A stretch of 64,000 bases of DNA from Dimorphilus gyrociliatus (GCA_904063045.1 CAJFCJ010000025.1:930001-994000), one strand, 5' to 3'; positions 47,929-62,923 are shown, counted from the first letter of the stretch. Numbers and translations: made by a program. The notes: generated from the letters alone by a model not told the origin.

Positions 47929-50900
47929 CAGATTTGCATATTTCTATCTACCTCAAATTAACAAGAGTCTAATTGGGAAATGAGGTATATATATATATAA
48001 ACAAGACATATATATATACACACACGCAAAACAAAAGTTGTAGAGATGACGTCATACTTTCTTAAACATTTACAAATTCAGGTCAAGGAATGAGGTTATC
48101 GTGCGACTGGCTCGATATTATTAAGGCAAAAATAATGAAAAAAAACATGTTTTTCGTCTGCCAATTCGCTTGCCCCTATTAAGATCGTGTTTGTCTAATC
48201 ATTCATACTTTTCTTCCAAAATAGATGCATTTCTCTAGGAAGAAGTAAGAGTTTTTGTGTGCCATATTATGCATTTTCTCGTTATCAAACTTGTTCTTTC
48301 ATTTAGTTTTTTCTCTTTCTATTTCCAATTCCTACTTACTATAGTTTTTTTTATAAAAGCTCTCTTATTACATACCTCTCTCTCTCTCTCTTTCTCTTTT
48401 AGCTATCTATCTATCTATCTATCTATCTATCTGAAAAAAATGCAAACAGATTAGACCTTCCTTCCTCTTAAATAGGAAATTAGAAAGAGGCAATATCAGT
48501 ATAATTCTTAATTTCTAAATCGAAGGCAAATCCTATAATTTCTTTTACTTAATCGGTAAAACTACAAGAAGAAAAAGAAGAATAAGAAGAGTAAGTAGAA
48601 AAAAAACGGAAAGAAAATCGTATTTTTCATTAATATCTCCTTTAACCATCTTTACCATCTTCTTCTTCTTCTTGTATATTCATCTTTTTTAAATTAGGGT
48701 CAAAATTTATTCATGGAAAATGCTCAATACACAAATTAACTAGTTTTCTTTTTTGCTACAAAAGTAAAATACATACACATACAAAAAATCTTAGCTAACA
48801 CCTTCTCTCGTGTTTTGTGACATAAAGAATTATCTGTTTTCATACGTTGTATAAGAACTATACTATATATCTATTTATAGAATTAATAGAACATATAATA
48901 TAGATAAACATTAAAAAACTTTTTAATGGCAACATTTTCAACAATTGTTTATTAATGGTTATGTTGTTCTTTCCTTTTAAAATTGATAGTTCCGTTCTTT
49001 CTATATTTTTAGCATAAATTGATTATTAAATTGAGATTGAGCTATTCCTAACGACTTTTTATCCTTGTTCAATAAAAATTCAATCAGAATATTGAAGAAA
49101 ATAAGTTGAAAAATAGTTACAAAAGAAAGATAAAAGTTATCTTTAATTTATTGTATTTACTCTTCATAATTCGATAGAAAATTTCTTTATTTAGTCGTCG
49201 ATTCCTTCTTCTTTTTCCTTTCTACTTTTTCATATTATTACATAAACGAATAAATAAATATAAACCGTCTTTATTACTCTTCTTTCTCACTTTCAATATA
49301 GTCTATTTAACGGAAGTGCTCTCTTAATTAATTTTGCTATGTAGCTTATATTATCTAAGAGAGAGGGAGAGAGAGAGAGAGGGAAGAAAGAAAGAAAATA
49401 AAACTATATGTAGCATATTTTCTTTGTATATATTTTATATTTATAGCCATCGTTTTTAATATATTCTCATTTTTTTTATCTCTTTACTCTCTTGAACGAA
49501 AACAAGAGAAAATTAAAAAATTAACCTCAAGTTGAATGAAAAACTATATATATATATACAAGTGAACAATTGTACTTTGAACTTTGAACTATGATCAATG
49601 ATTTCTTTAATAAACTTTCTTTCTGTTCAAAGTCTCTTTACTTTTATAGTAATTTTGAATAGCAAAATGGAGGCGGAAAAAAAACATAACAACAAATTTT
49701 CACTAAAAAGAAACAGTCTAAAAAATAAACTCCTGGTATTCCAGAAAGATATTTACGTAACACCTACCAGAATTGACGTCAGACATTTAGGCCTACTATG
49801 GAAATGATTTATGAAAACACGTGGAGACTATTCATTATTTAGACGTTTTCTATAGGTCAGAATAAGTCAGAAAATTAAAAGAAATATGCTAAAGTTAATA
49901 GTAAAATTATATAAATTGGCCGAGATTATATAATTACCAGGAATAGAATACACGCTTGTTGCCTCCTTTCCGAATAAGATCAGCACGTTCTTCTCCCGCT
50001 TATCCCTCTATGTTACCTTTTAGTGTATGTATTTAAATATAAAAAACACTACGGAACGTGTTAAATGAGGGGCGAATTAAAAGAAACTGATAAAACAAAA
50101 AGTTGTATACTTAGACAACTAATGCTATATACAAACTATATGAGATTAACTCGAGGCGGCCTCCCAGCTTTCGCTAACCAATGATTTATCATTGAAAAAA
50201 TTCATACATTTCACCGTATAAGCTTTAACTTTCTCCTTCATTCTGTTTTTCTTCTTAATCTTTCTATTTATTTATTTATTTATTGCTGTTTATTTCTGCT
50301 TTTTCTTCTTTTTCCTCTTCTTCTGCTTCTGCTTCTTCTTCTTCTTCTTCTTCTTCGTATTTCTCTTCCTTTTTCATATTTTATCTATACTTGTGTATTG
50401 TATAGAAATTTAACAAGCTTCTTTCAAGTCGTCAATTTCTTTGACCTATTTAAATATGTAAATTTTTTCCTCTCTAATATATACAAATTAATGGAATAAT
50501 GAATATTTATAAGGAAGTAAACTTTCGTAATGCGTAACCCAATGCGCTAACAAGGATATGTTATTGATTGCATGTGGCTGCACCAGTTGCAGCAAAACAG
50601 TTGCCTGAGTTTATGTTTTCATTTACTAGAGCACTTATCCTTTACCTAAACTCGATTTCTGACCTGTAAAATGTGTTTTTTCAAGTGAACAGACATTTTC
50701 CAATTATCGATTGGAATGTGACCTTTTTCTCTAATTAAAATAAAGTGTCAATGAGACAATTGCATTCAAGCAATTCAATACTTTTTATCTTGGATATATT
50801 CTTCGTCTTTATCCGTATTTTTGTATTATAAAACTAGATAGTTCAATATACACAGTATATATAATACGAAAAACACGTCTACCGTGTATATAAGATATAT

Positions 50901-52108
50901 ATATATATATATATACAGTATATGTATACTGGATATATAGAACTTTCAAAAAATATCTATTCGCTTAAAACGCACTGTATACAGTATGCTGTTTAATCGG
51001 AAAAGATACAACACTTATGTATATCAATAGTTTATTTAAATGAGATTTTTCTCTTCTTTTCTTCTTCTTTTGGTCCCCCTTTAGGAAATCTTTGTTTAAT
51101 AAAAGGCGATTAAGACATCCCCTACCCTCTTCCTTCATATCTATTCTTTGTATCAGTTAATAGTTTTTGAACTGTTAAACTATGGCTAACATCCTTAATC
51201 CTTTACTTCATTTTTATTATTCATTGTGATTTATTGATATTTTAATAGCAAAGGAGAAAACTGCTGCAGTTTATATATAATCAAATGATAAATAATAAAA
51301 TTCAAGTCTATTTGATCGGACAAACCAACTCAGATTTGCTTATGAATAATGCGCAAGATAGAATGAAACTTCTCACGCTTTTAATCTTAAGACAATATTG
51401 AACGAATTCTAAAAAGCCGATAGCAAGCATTATGCCTCCAACAAGATGTACATAAGCTATTGTCTAATGTATAGTTTACCCATTTGTCAATACCTAACAT
51501 CCGTTCCATACAGACTGGTCTCCTGTTCAAGAAGGAAAAGGTTCAAGTCAATTTAAAAGTCGGAGGGTAGTGACTACTTTAACGATTGTTAATGCTAATA
51601 TAATTTCTTGTTTGGACCAAGTTTACTTGTCAGAAAGTTGTTGCAGTCGTACTCTGTAAAGAATAGTTTTTATCATTAAAAGGTTAATAAAGAGGAGAAT
51701 AGCCAAGAGATGACATGAAGTTTTACGAATTCCTTTATCCTAATGTATATACTCTTCCTTGGATTGCCAAAAATTTCCTAATTTTCCACATTATACTTGG
51801 TAAGTAGACTAAACTCTTCCTCTTTTTTCTAATCAAGAACAGGGTATATCTGCTCTATTTTCCTTTATCTCTCTATCAATTCAGAAGAGTGACAAAGGAA
51901 ACGAGTAGCAAAACTGCATGCGTTAAAATGGAAAAATTGCTATAATATACAATTAACGTAAAATCTGAATAGAAAATATAATGGATGCTCAGAGATATTT
52001 TTGCATTATTTCCAATAAGGACTTGCTTTTACTGAATGAATAAACGCAGTTTTCATTGATATAGAGCTTTTCTTCCCTATGTAGATCAGCTTTCTTGAAT
52101 GTAAATTC

Positions 52109-52613
52109 ATGAATAGGATATCTAAAGTAGCATTTATCTTCCTGATAAAAAAAACAGAACGTCTAAAAAAAGTCTAGACGAGTTATTAATGATGAAACAA
52201 TAATGATAATTTAGATTTATGCAATCGCAGAATTTCTAATAGTTTGCTGCTATTCATCAAACAATACAATTTCGGATCGGAAAACGACCAATTCATCTCT
52301 TCTAAACAAACAGTTTGACAATAACAACCATACGACGATCTTAGATGATATTAATAATAAGACAACAACTCCAAAAGTCAAGTTTGCTTTTACATTAGAT
52401 CCTTGGGATGAAGCTGAAAAAGAAACGAAAAAGATGAGTAAGAAAATGTACTTTATTGTTGGTGGTATCGCCGCTGGAATACCAGTATTTTGTATTATAT
52501 TCTGCATTGTTAAATCCCTATGCTGTAGAAGAAAAATTAAAGTTACTCAAGCAAAATGTCCGGCCAAAACAAAGAAGAAGCAAGTTTTTCGTAAGGCGTT
52601 CATGATTGGATAA
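52109..52613 (+). CDS. Orphan type-I single-pass membrane glycoprotein, ~138 aa (missed by the ORF track)
   Basis: Open exon 52215-52613 (133 codons) after acceptor aatttag|; likely first exon 52109-52126 (MNRISK). Signal-like N-terminus, N/T-rich ectodomain with four N-x-S/T sequons, TM YFIVGGIAAGIPVFCIIFCIV, then KSLCCRRK and a basic tail. Confidence 0.7.
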
Positions 52614-55600
52614 ATGGACGAGGACGATTATCATTTTTATTCCTTTATTTTCCTTTTTTGATATTTTATTGAATCAACTAATTCATAACTGTTGACGGTA
52701 TTTAAAAGAGAAAGAGATATTGAACTATTTTAATAAAATATTAATTATAAATATACATAGAGAAAGTAATAAACTCTCAATTAGGTGTATTTATCTACAA
52801 TACCTTTGACAACAATATCCTTTACTGAACATTACTGTTAATACAATTTACATTTTGTTATATTCGAAAGCAACATGAAAGACTAGGCCTAGAAGAAACA
52901 ACTCTTTTCTCTATTAACGGTTTATTCATAACTTCAAGACATATTATACTCTATAGTATGGTAATAGCCATAACAACAACTCTTCTGCTTCCGCCTATTC
53001 TATTTTCTATTAAACACCTTTACTGGTTCGGAGACAAATTTTATAAAAGAGTCTACTCTCTGCTTAACTACTAAACGTCGTTTGGGTATATATATATATA
53101 TAAAGAGAATAATCGCTATTAGACTTGATTTCAATCCAATAGGGAGTAATTAGTATGGAGAGAGCTGCCGCTGTTAAAGTGAGCTAACGATTCGTTAGAC
53201 ACCTAGAGGCACTGTACTCAATTATAAAAGTAACTTGAAAGAGGCGTTTTTTTCATGAACGAGATTTGAAGAATAAGAAAGTAGAAGATAGAAAAGAGGA
53301 GATAGGCGAAGAGACCAGAATAGATAAAGAGATAAATGCTAAAGAGAGAGAGAGAGAGAAAGAAAGAAAGAGAAGGGGAACAGGAGGAGACAAAATACGA
53401 GAAACTGATAAGAAACTATGAGGAGAAAAAGTCTTTTTGAATTATTTTAATTATAGTCATTTTATGATTACTAAATCACAAAAAAAAGATCTTTCTTCTT
53501 TGTAATAGTAGCTGTTTCCTTTTCTGTAGATCTATCTGCCTCTCTCTCTCTTGGTGGTTTTCCTCCCTTCCCCCAGTCAGTCTTGTATCTCAATTATGTC
53601 GAATCATTAGCGCAAGACCATAATTCAAAGGATATCATAAACAATCAGAACTAAAAGTGAAATAGATAAATACAGTACATCTAAATAAAACAACATTACG
53701 ACACTTTCGATGGCTTTTTAAGCTTAATTTCCTAATTTTTCTGATAGTTTCCAAGTAATTTATCATCTTTTTCCAAAGAAAAGCAAATTGAGAATTCATT
53801 TGGTAAAAATGCTTTATTAATTGTAATTAGAAGCTTCTAGTAGTGTTTTTTTTTATTTCTATTTTTCCTCTTTTATAACAAAAATTAGACATTTAATAAC
53901 GATATTTCCCGTCTCGTTCCCTAATATTAATAAGCGTGTAGGTCTTCGTAAAGAAAAACTTTGATCTTTTTTCTTTGTAATTTTCTTAAATAGTAAAAAT
54001 AATTAAAAAAAATGTTAACAATAGGCTTTTTCTCTTTTTTTTCATTCTATATTTTTGCATGCTTCAACAACAAACTTTTATTATATATTTCCAATTTAAT
54101 TTACACCTTTTTTCAACTGAATCATTCAATACTTGAACAGTTTGTCGCCTTTTTTTTATCTTTTAATCCATTATTAAAAAGTATCGAGTTAAAAATAAAA
54201 GCCTTGTGGTAAACATGTTTTTCTATTACAAACATTCTACAAAATAGTAGAATATATATATATATATATGTAGTAGATACCATAGAAATATTTATATATA
54301 CAACATCGGCGCATATACAGTATATATAGTATTATATCTACTGTACACGGTCTGCACTGATATGCCATCTGTAGTGTAAAGTTTTATTTTTTTTTGGTAT
54401 TAGCTATCTTGTAACGGTTTTTACGAGCTTTTACAATGTTACAACTTCTTATTTAACTAAAAAGCAATAAATATGAACATGAAGAAGAAGGAGAAGGATG
54501 AGGAGGAGGAGAGGGAAGAGGAGAATAGCTTCTTCGACACGAAGTGAATGGGATAAAAAGAGGGCAGGCGACAGATAGAATGAATGGTAGGTATATAGGG
54601 CAAATTATAAAATTAAAGAAGGGAGAATTGTTGCAGAAATGGCCGCTTAACTAACCATTTAGAATAGTTGTAGGAAAAGAAAACGTTATAAATCTCACTT
54701 ATAACATATCTACTAATTGCTGAGAAAACAATATGGATAATGGGTTACTTGACCTTAATTTCGTAAATATAATAAGGACTTAATCATTTTTTTCCCCTTA
54801 ATAACTTAATGTATAAAATTTGGTAATAATTAAGGCACACATAAAGATACAAGGGAATAGAGAGCGAGCATAAAAGAAACAGATGATAAGGGAGGGGGAG
54901 AGAATATAAAAGAGGGAAAAAACAAATTCTCTCCTTAAACCAGTCATTAGTATCGTGTTTTTGTAAAGTTACAAGAATACAAAATTATACCTTAGGTCTT
55001 ACCGTGTCAAAGGATTAATGTATTAAACGTTATTCATAAGTAGAGGAGTTTATTATTAGTAAAATAGCTGCATTTCCTTCACTAATTCCGAGGTGAGAGT
55101 GGACTCATTCAAAGTAGCCTTTTTGTTATTTGCTAATCCATTTACAGAGATGGAAAGAGAGTGTAAGAGAGTAAGAAAGGGTGATATAATAGAGAAAGAA
55201 AGGAAACGCAAAGGATAGAACGGAGACAGATAGGGAAAGAGTAAGAGAAAAAGAAAGAGAGAGAGAGAGAGAGAGGGAGGGAGGGAGGGAGGGTATGCAA
55301 TAGATAGAAATAAGAAAGACGAATAGGATATTGACCTGGGTGGTTTGTATTATTTTAACTAAATGGAAGTAACGTCGACGGTGTCTGCGATTAGCATAAG
55401 AGATAAGCAACCTTTTACGACAGTGCAATTGAGTAGGAAAAGCGAATATTGAATTTGCTAGAATTGCGAAACGTTATCGTTTTTTTCCGAATATATTTTT
55501 CCTCCTTAAATTCAATTGGTTAGATTGGTGGCAAAGGCAGTTAGTTTAGCAAATATTACGTAATCAAACTAAAAGAATTCTAGTAACGTTTGGCCCCATC

Positions 55601-56359
55601 AGCTCTTTACGGTGTTGCACTAATTCCTTCTTTGTCTGACCTTGAAGGGGAAAAGGGAAGAGGACACTGTAAAGCTTTGTGGGCGTGTGACGAGTTGAAA
55701 CCATATCAAACGTATATTCTGTCAAAGTCGAATTTGGTAAAACCATAAAAATCCTTCAAGCCAGAAATTACTAAATTAAACATTAGATAATTTTCGTTTC
55801 GATTCCTCCTACATCTTCTGTGGTTCTTCCTTGCATTTTCTTTGGCTCTTTCCACAAGATGTTTTGCATCTTTATCAAAGATTAACTAAAAAGAAACACC
55901 TAATATATTATGAAAGGGAAAATAAACTAGAAATATGAAAAGAAGAGGAAAGAGTAGGAAGTTAACGAAGAGGCAGAGAGGAAAAGAAGAGAATATTGGA
56001 GATAAGTGGTCTGAAGGAAAATGAACAAGTTCATTAGCTTTATATTTAATAATAATTCATAATAGTGAAATAGGGAAAGGAGTTAATAATTTTCCTATCA
56101 TCTTCTTCATCTGATTATTACGCATATATTCAAGATTGGAGAAAAAAAAAGTGTTTCAATCAATAAGATATTGGCGCCTGGATGGTCGCAAAAGAAAATG
56201 ATTTGAATCGATTATACGCTTGATCGGTTAAAACTATTGGAAAACAATTTATCGATATATTTTATGCAAAGAAAAAGGTAGCGAGGAAATTGTGGATAAA
56301 TCCACTGAAAATCTCAATCTTCTGTAGATAGGGTAAACAATATATAAAATATACAGTAT

Positions 56360-56408
<49 letters not shown>

Positions 56409-59400
56409 CATATATTGTCTCTTTTTTGCATAATTGGGTTGCTTCTTGGGTAATTTGAGAAGGAGGAAAAACCAGGCCAATAATGAATATTTTTTTCAGT
56501 TTTTCCACTTCTTTTATATATAAAAAGAAAAAAAGTAAAAATAGCTTGTCCTCTCTGTGATTCGGAAACGTTTCGTTGGATTTATGATAATGAACATAAG
56601 CTCTTTAACGATTTATTTCTCATCGATCAATGACTTGGAACAATGTATCGTACCACATACGTATTAAGATTCTATAGTCTTTCTCTTCTTTCTCACTTTC
56701 GGAAAATACAAAGTATATGCTAATAACATTTTAAAGAGATATTTACCTTCTTTATAAATTTATTTTCTATTTTGCTCCTTATCTTTCTTTTTCCTACCTC
56801 TCTCTCTCTCTCTCTCTCTCTGTCTCTGTCTCTGCCGATCTTTGTCTTTCTTTCCCTCCCTCCCTCCCTCTCTCTCTCTCTCTTTCTCTTTAGCGCCATT
56901 TTTATTCAATTTTTTCACCGACATATATCTTACTAAACTTCACCACGTGACAAGATTATACATCCAATTATGGTAGTTTCACAATGACAATAGCTGAAAG
57001 TAATCACTTAGACGATAAACAAACGGAAATATAATACGGTAAACCGAATTGATCTTGCTGGCTCCTTCACACAATTTTGCTGACCTCTATTTGCATATTA
57101 AAGCCCCCGTGCAAATTTTTCCCGTAACAAGGACAATTGAATCACAGCTAGTTTTTTAGTATGTCTTCCGAATTGGATTTTGTAATATCGACACACATAC
57201 AAAGTATCTGACCAAATATAGAGGCTTTACGAAAAGTCAATAAAGAACCGGAGATGATCCGAAAAATTCCCTAGAAAGTGAGGCAAAGTAGAAGGATAGA
57301 GAGTTAGGAGGAAGATAGTAAGAAGACGGCAGAAAAGAAAATAAGAAAGTTTTTTCCCTTTTTAAGAAGAGATTAAAAGTTTTTAACGAGTATAGCATAT
57401 AATAATAATAAGTATATAGGCATAAAGGTAAAGTATGTACGCTCTATAGTAATAAATAAAAACATCTAAAGTTTTTACACTAAGAAAAGAAAGAGGAGAG
57501 GGAAGGAGAGGAAAGAAGAGGAGAGGAGAGGAGCGAAGAGGAGAGAAGAGAAGAGAAGAGAGGAGAAAACGGCAAAAGCGAATAAAACACACTTTTGAAA
57601 TAATTTTACACTGGAAATTAGTGAAAGATGAAAGGAAAACGTAATAAAACGGGGAAAATTTCGTTAAGTTAAAGTCACGTAGATGAACAAATGAATAAAC
57701 TTGATATTTTATCATATAAATTTAATAAATGTTTTATCAACTTTAACGTCTAAAAGTAGGCGGATAGTTTAGTGGAGTAACTTAAAATATATCATCCTTT
57801 CATTATTTCTTCAACTTATTACCGTTACCTTATTGACAAAAGTCGTTTTATTTATTTGTCGGTTGCTAAGAGACTTGACAATCAATATACGCTGTGCAAC
57901 TATTCTAGTAAAAATTAAGAAAAGAAACATTATATTTATCAATATTTTTATTAAAACTTGTGAAAATATATCAAATTTTATAAAGGCACTTGATTGAATG
58001 CTTATGTGTTTTGGACTATATGTACGGAATGAACAAACGAACGAACGAATGAATTGATGAATTAATGAATGAATGATTTCATGTGTATACGTATGTGTGC
58101 GTGTGCGTGCGCGTATTATTATCGTTAATTCTAGAAATAATACAGTAAATAAAACATGTAAAATGTTTCGCTATGAACAATATTTAGCATTTATCTAAGG
58201 GCTATGTAATTATTAGTATATATATTCTGTATATATAGGGAGAGGGAGAGACATATAAATATTATGTACGTACCGTATGTACACAGAGAATATTGTATAC
58301 GATATTTAACAACTATCGTCCTTTTTAAGTTACTGCAATCTTAATAAAATGTAAACTTACTTATATTCTATCTTTTCCAGTATTTTATTCTTTATTCTTT
58401 TTAGTAAGTAAGATTTAATTGTTTAAAATATTACCTAAGTTGTTTAAACGTGTCTATTACTGTATATTATAAATTATACAATTCGCCTGTTGTTATGTTG
58501 ATTTTTTTTGTTTGTTTGTTTGTTTTTTTTTCTTTCTTTTTTCCTTCCTCCCTCTCATTTCCTTCCGTCGTTCACTTGCCTGCTCCATTTGTATCTCAAT
58601 ATTTCGTATTTATCTCGTAAGGAAAATAGTATCAATATTTTCTTTATTAAATACTAGCGTCTTTTTGTTAAAATGTACTTTAAAGATGCTTAAGGCATCT
58701 TAATCAAAACAACGAGATTTATTAAATCTTAATTAATTTGCTATTTTTTATCTTCAAGCAGACTAAAGAGGATGTTAAAATTTCTTTACAAAACAAATTA
58801 GTCAATCAATAAGGTAATATATATTAGAAATATGTTTTAAATTAACGAATACTTCCCCTTAGTCGGTAAAAGGGAAAACAATCTATTTTTCTATTTATTC
58901 CTATCTTATGCATAGTTTATACGGTATAAGAATGTGATATATAAATTTATATATATTATATATATATTAATATATATATATATATATATATATATACATT
59001 CCTTCAATCAGGTTATTCAGAACAGCGGCCTCTCAAAGAGAGACAATACGCTTTATCATTCCGGCATGAATCAAGTGATACAGGACAATGCTTCTGCTCA
59101 AGAGGAAGGAAAAGGAAAAATACCAAAAGAGAAATGAAAAGAGATAGAAAAGAGGGAAAGAGGAAGGAGAAGAAAGTATGCATCATAAATATTTTGGTTC
59201 ATTTTAATGGCCTTCATTTGAAATATTCGTTCTAGATTAAGAAGAAAAGCTAACCACATTTGCATATATTCAGGTGTCAATCTTTAAAGTTCATATCGTA
59301 AGGAAATGAAATAAATGGACTTAGAAAAAGTCAAAACAACTTGTAGATTGTTTTCGTTTTCTAAAAGGATATTTTCACCTGTAAAACTTGTTTAACTATT

Positions 59401-59729
59401 CATTAAACGCCCTTGGCACCTATTCAAAGAGAAAAAATGAGCGAAAAACTCAATTAATACTCGACTTCCCTAACGCAAAATCGTTTGAATGATTAAAATT
59501 TGAATTGATTAGACGGTTCTCAGCCTTTTTTTCAGTATGAATAGCAGAATTATATAAATTATTTACTTATTCAAGTGAAAAATAGCTTCGAACTAAATGC
59601 AACATCAAATTGACCTCATTTTCAAATGGTCCAATAAAATGTGATAATTGCAGAGATAGTTTCCTATTGATTTTTAGGTCTGCAAGAGTTGAGAATTTTA
59701 CCCCGTTTTTCCTTTTCTTTCCTGCCCCG

Positions 59730-59826
59730 CTCTCTCTCTGTCTGTCTGCCTGTCTGTCTCTGTCTCTGTCTCTGTCTCTGTCTCTGTCTCTCTCTCTTTC
59801 TTTCTTTCTCTCTCTCTCTCTCTCTC
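59730..59826. repeat. Compound (CTGT)/(TCTCTG)/(CT)n microsatellite
   Basis: Directly visible; produces the SLSLSL ORF artefact. Confidence 0.9.
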
Positions 59827-60355
59827 TAACTGCCTATCTCTCAAGATAATACATCTATCCAACTAATATTTCTTATATGTTGGTGAATAACGAAGAATAG
59901 CAAAAGTGTATATAAGTTTCTTATATATAGGTATATACTTATTCAGCTCTAATGCAATACGTGTCTTGTATACTTTTAATTAATCTTATACAGTATATTG
60001 TTATGTTGTTGTATCGGCAGGAAAGATGTTACTTGTCAACAGAGGAAACCAGAAAAGAATAGGAAATTTAACATAGTAAAATAAAGAAAAAATGGAAAAT
60101 AGATGGAAAAATATCTATTCGAGAAAGATAAACAAGAAAGTATAAAAATGAAAAGCAAACGTAAAATAAAACAAAAAGAGGAAAAAACAAATCAAAAAAC
60201 ACATAGAAAAGAGTCTAATTTAAAAGAAAAAAAACCATTTATATTGTTAAAATGCTCATTCGGATTTCTTTTCGCCTTTCCTCTTTTTTTTTTCTTTCTT
60301 TCTTTTTATTTTTTTTTATTACTAGACTCTCGAAAGTCTATACGTTTATCTTTCA

Positions 60356-60844
60356 TAAGAGACTCTTATATACATTGAGCAGTGGAAACGTCCGATAGAT
60401 GTCCCTAATACCGCACAACCCATTTCATTAGCCGTCATTGTAAACTTAGTCTCTGCGCTCGACCGTCGCTCAAGCAGAACAGGCCACATCACTCTCCAGG
60501 CTGTCTCTTCGTCTGATTTCCTAAAAATACGCTTTAAAAATAAAAGGGGACCATCCTAGACAATTTATTGATTGGCAAGGAATCGAATTAGGCCGTCATC
60601 AGCCTGCCTCCTCGTCGTGGGCAATAAAGTCACTCATTATGGCTTTACCTTAAGATCTCCTCGGATAATTTCTCTCGACCTTCACCTTCATAATGTTGGA
60701 AAATCTATATTCAAGATGATAGCGTCGGCGGGAGTGAAGGGATCTAATTCGGTGAAATACTTGGAGGAGCGTTTAAGAATATATAAGGAGAGTCAACAGA
60801 CAGCCAGAACAAATGGGAATATGGAAAAGGTTTGTAAACTCTAA
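60356..60844 (+). other. High-complexity GC-enriched island with a long frame broken by two stops (possible exons, pseudogene or element relic)
   Basis: One plus frame is open from 60356 to 60844 except for TAG and TGA near 60557-60571; donor-like AAG|gtttgt at 60830. No family recognised. Confidence 0.25.
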
Positions 60845-62800
60845 CTTTTCTTTTTTATATATGTAAATTTACTTTACGCAAACGAAAATAATTTCCGTGA
60901 GCATTTTCCTTCAATCCTTCTTAACAAATTAATTAAAAAATACTCATTACGAAGAGACTGAAACCTATACGTATAGTAATTCATTAATTTATTTGCTCAT
61001 TTTTTTCTACTTATTCATTCATTCGTCCTTTCGTTTGTTCGTCATTCATTCATTCATTCATTCATTCATCCATCCACTTACTCATTTATTCACTGGTACA
61101 TACTCTTAGTCACTCTCTATTCTGTTCATTTATTACTGCTGTATATTTATTCACTTTGCATACCAATGGCAAATGATTTAGTCAGTTCTAATCTCTAAGC
61201 CTTCATTGAGAGTCAATTCGTCAACAATGAATGCGTTAATTATTAGTAAAAGGTGTTGAAAAATTGATTGATATTACATAATTAGGTATAAGTGTTACGG
61301 CTGGTCGGTAATTATAGGATTTATGATGGAAAATATGCAAAAACACGAGCGAAATGGGGCATGAAAACGATTATTGTTGTAGGGAAAAAAAATAAAAAAA
61401 AGGCAATTTTCATTGGCCTTTCTTTTATCTATAGAGAATATCTACTGTCTCACAAAGGACGGGTTAGAAAGGTAATTTTCCTCCTTTTTCTTCAAGAAGA
61501 GAAAGAGAAAGAAACATTCTTTTATTTCTTATCAACTTGAATAAATATTAATAAGAGATTCTTTAACTAATAGATAAAGGAAATTTTTCTAGGCATTTTA
61601 GCAATAATTAGAAAATCGATAACGGGTGTTCTCTTTTGTTCTTTTGACAACAGCGGAATGTGTTAACAGAAGGAAACGTTTATTAATATATACTATTATA
61701 TCTGGTATATATAAATCTATAAATAGAATTAGAATATATATATATATGTACTGTATATATCTTCTTTAGTACGTATATGTAAAACTGTAAAGGATAATTA
61801 GTAAGAATATTCCCTTAATTAATTGTAGCTTTCCGAAAATGACTTGCAAAGGGGAAATTTCTCCTTCCATTTAGGCTCTTCGATTTCCTCAGACAATTTT
61901 AAAATTTATTAACTAAGCTGTCTAGTTCTTTTTTATTAAAGCCTATTTTGATGGTAGTTTTATACATACGCATTGCTCTTTTTGGAGGAGGATTAATGCA
62001 TGTTCGAACAGAAATATACATTCCTCCCAATCAATGAGTATATTCTTATAACTTCTATCATCTTTTATAAAGTAATTAAAAAACAAAGAAAGACAGGAGA
62101 GACAAATAAAAGGAAGAGAAGTAAAGAGAATAAAACTATTCTGTTATTATTGAGCTGATGATACTTATTATTATTACTATTATTGCTGTTATTATTACCA
62201 ATGATGCACAAGGGTTTTTGACTTGGATTACTACTTAATAAGCGTTCGTTATCCGTTCTTTTTAGAATTACATGCTACTTTGAAGATAATAATGGTTTTA
62301 TATTAACGAAAGTATGCCATGACGATACGTAATATATACGAAGGATTTACGTGACCTACTTTCACGCCTTACTTCTTTTCCCCAAGATTTTCATCCTCTT
62401 TCCTATTTGTGCTTAATCTTTTGTCAAGTAAATTTCTCAAATCGTCACCCAAAGAAACTTTACGTTTTGACTATTCATTTATAGTTTTCTATTATTTATA
62501 GAATATATTTCTTTCCATTACATAAATTACTTAATTCTCCCGATTCATTTCATAATAGCTAGTAACAACATGTGATTCATTCCTTCTTCAAATACCAATA
62601 TAGTATAAAAAAAAAGATTCTAATGATTAATTATTTCGTTTTCCGAATGACCTAATTGCTGTTTCAATTCTAACGTCCGCTCTTTTCTGTACAAGATTAT
62701 CGTATGCGTGAGAGACAGACTCGTGAGAAAGCTTCTGGATATATATTGTACATTATAGCAAAACATACATACATCTATAGATAGATACATAAATATACAG

Positions 62801-62804
<4 letters not shown>

Positions 62805-62841
<37 letters not shown>

Positions 62842-62923
62842 GGCAGATAGTGACAAGAAAAGAGTGACGGAGAGACGCAAATAGACAGATAGACAGACAG
62901 CAAAGCAGACATACAAAGAGACC

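Larger units (their letters stand above)
493..49781. promoter_or_regulatory. Four perfect CRE palindromes TGACGTCA
   Basis: At 493, 20866, 48047 and 49774. Those at 493 and 49774 lie near TTACGTAA sites (546 and 49753). Function unproven. Confidence 0.3.

Noticed and set aside
52250-52507. 85-aa minus-strand ORF
   Set aside because: The plus-strand frame is longer and has coherent signal/TM/positive-inside architecture.
57150-57280. Minus-strand GIFRIISGS resembling a RhoGAP arginine-finger motif
   Set aside because: Spacing is off by one, the frame stops after ~40 codons, and no other RhoGAP exons were found.
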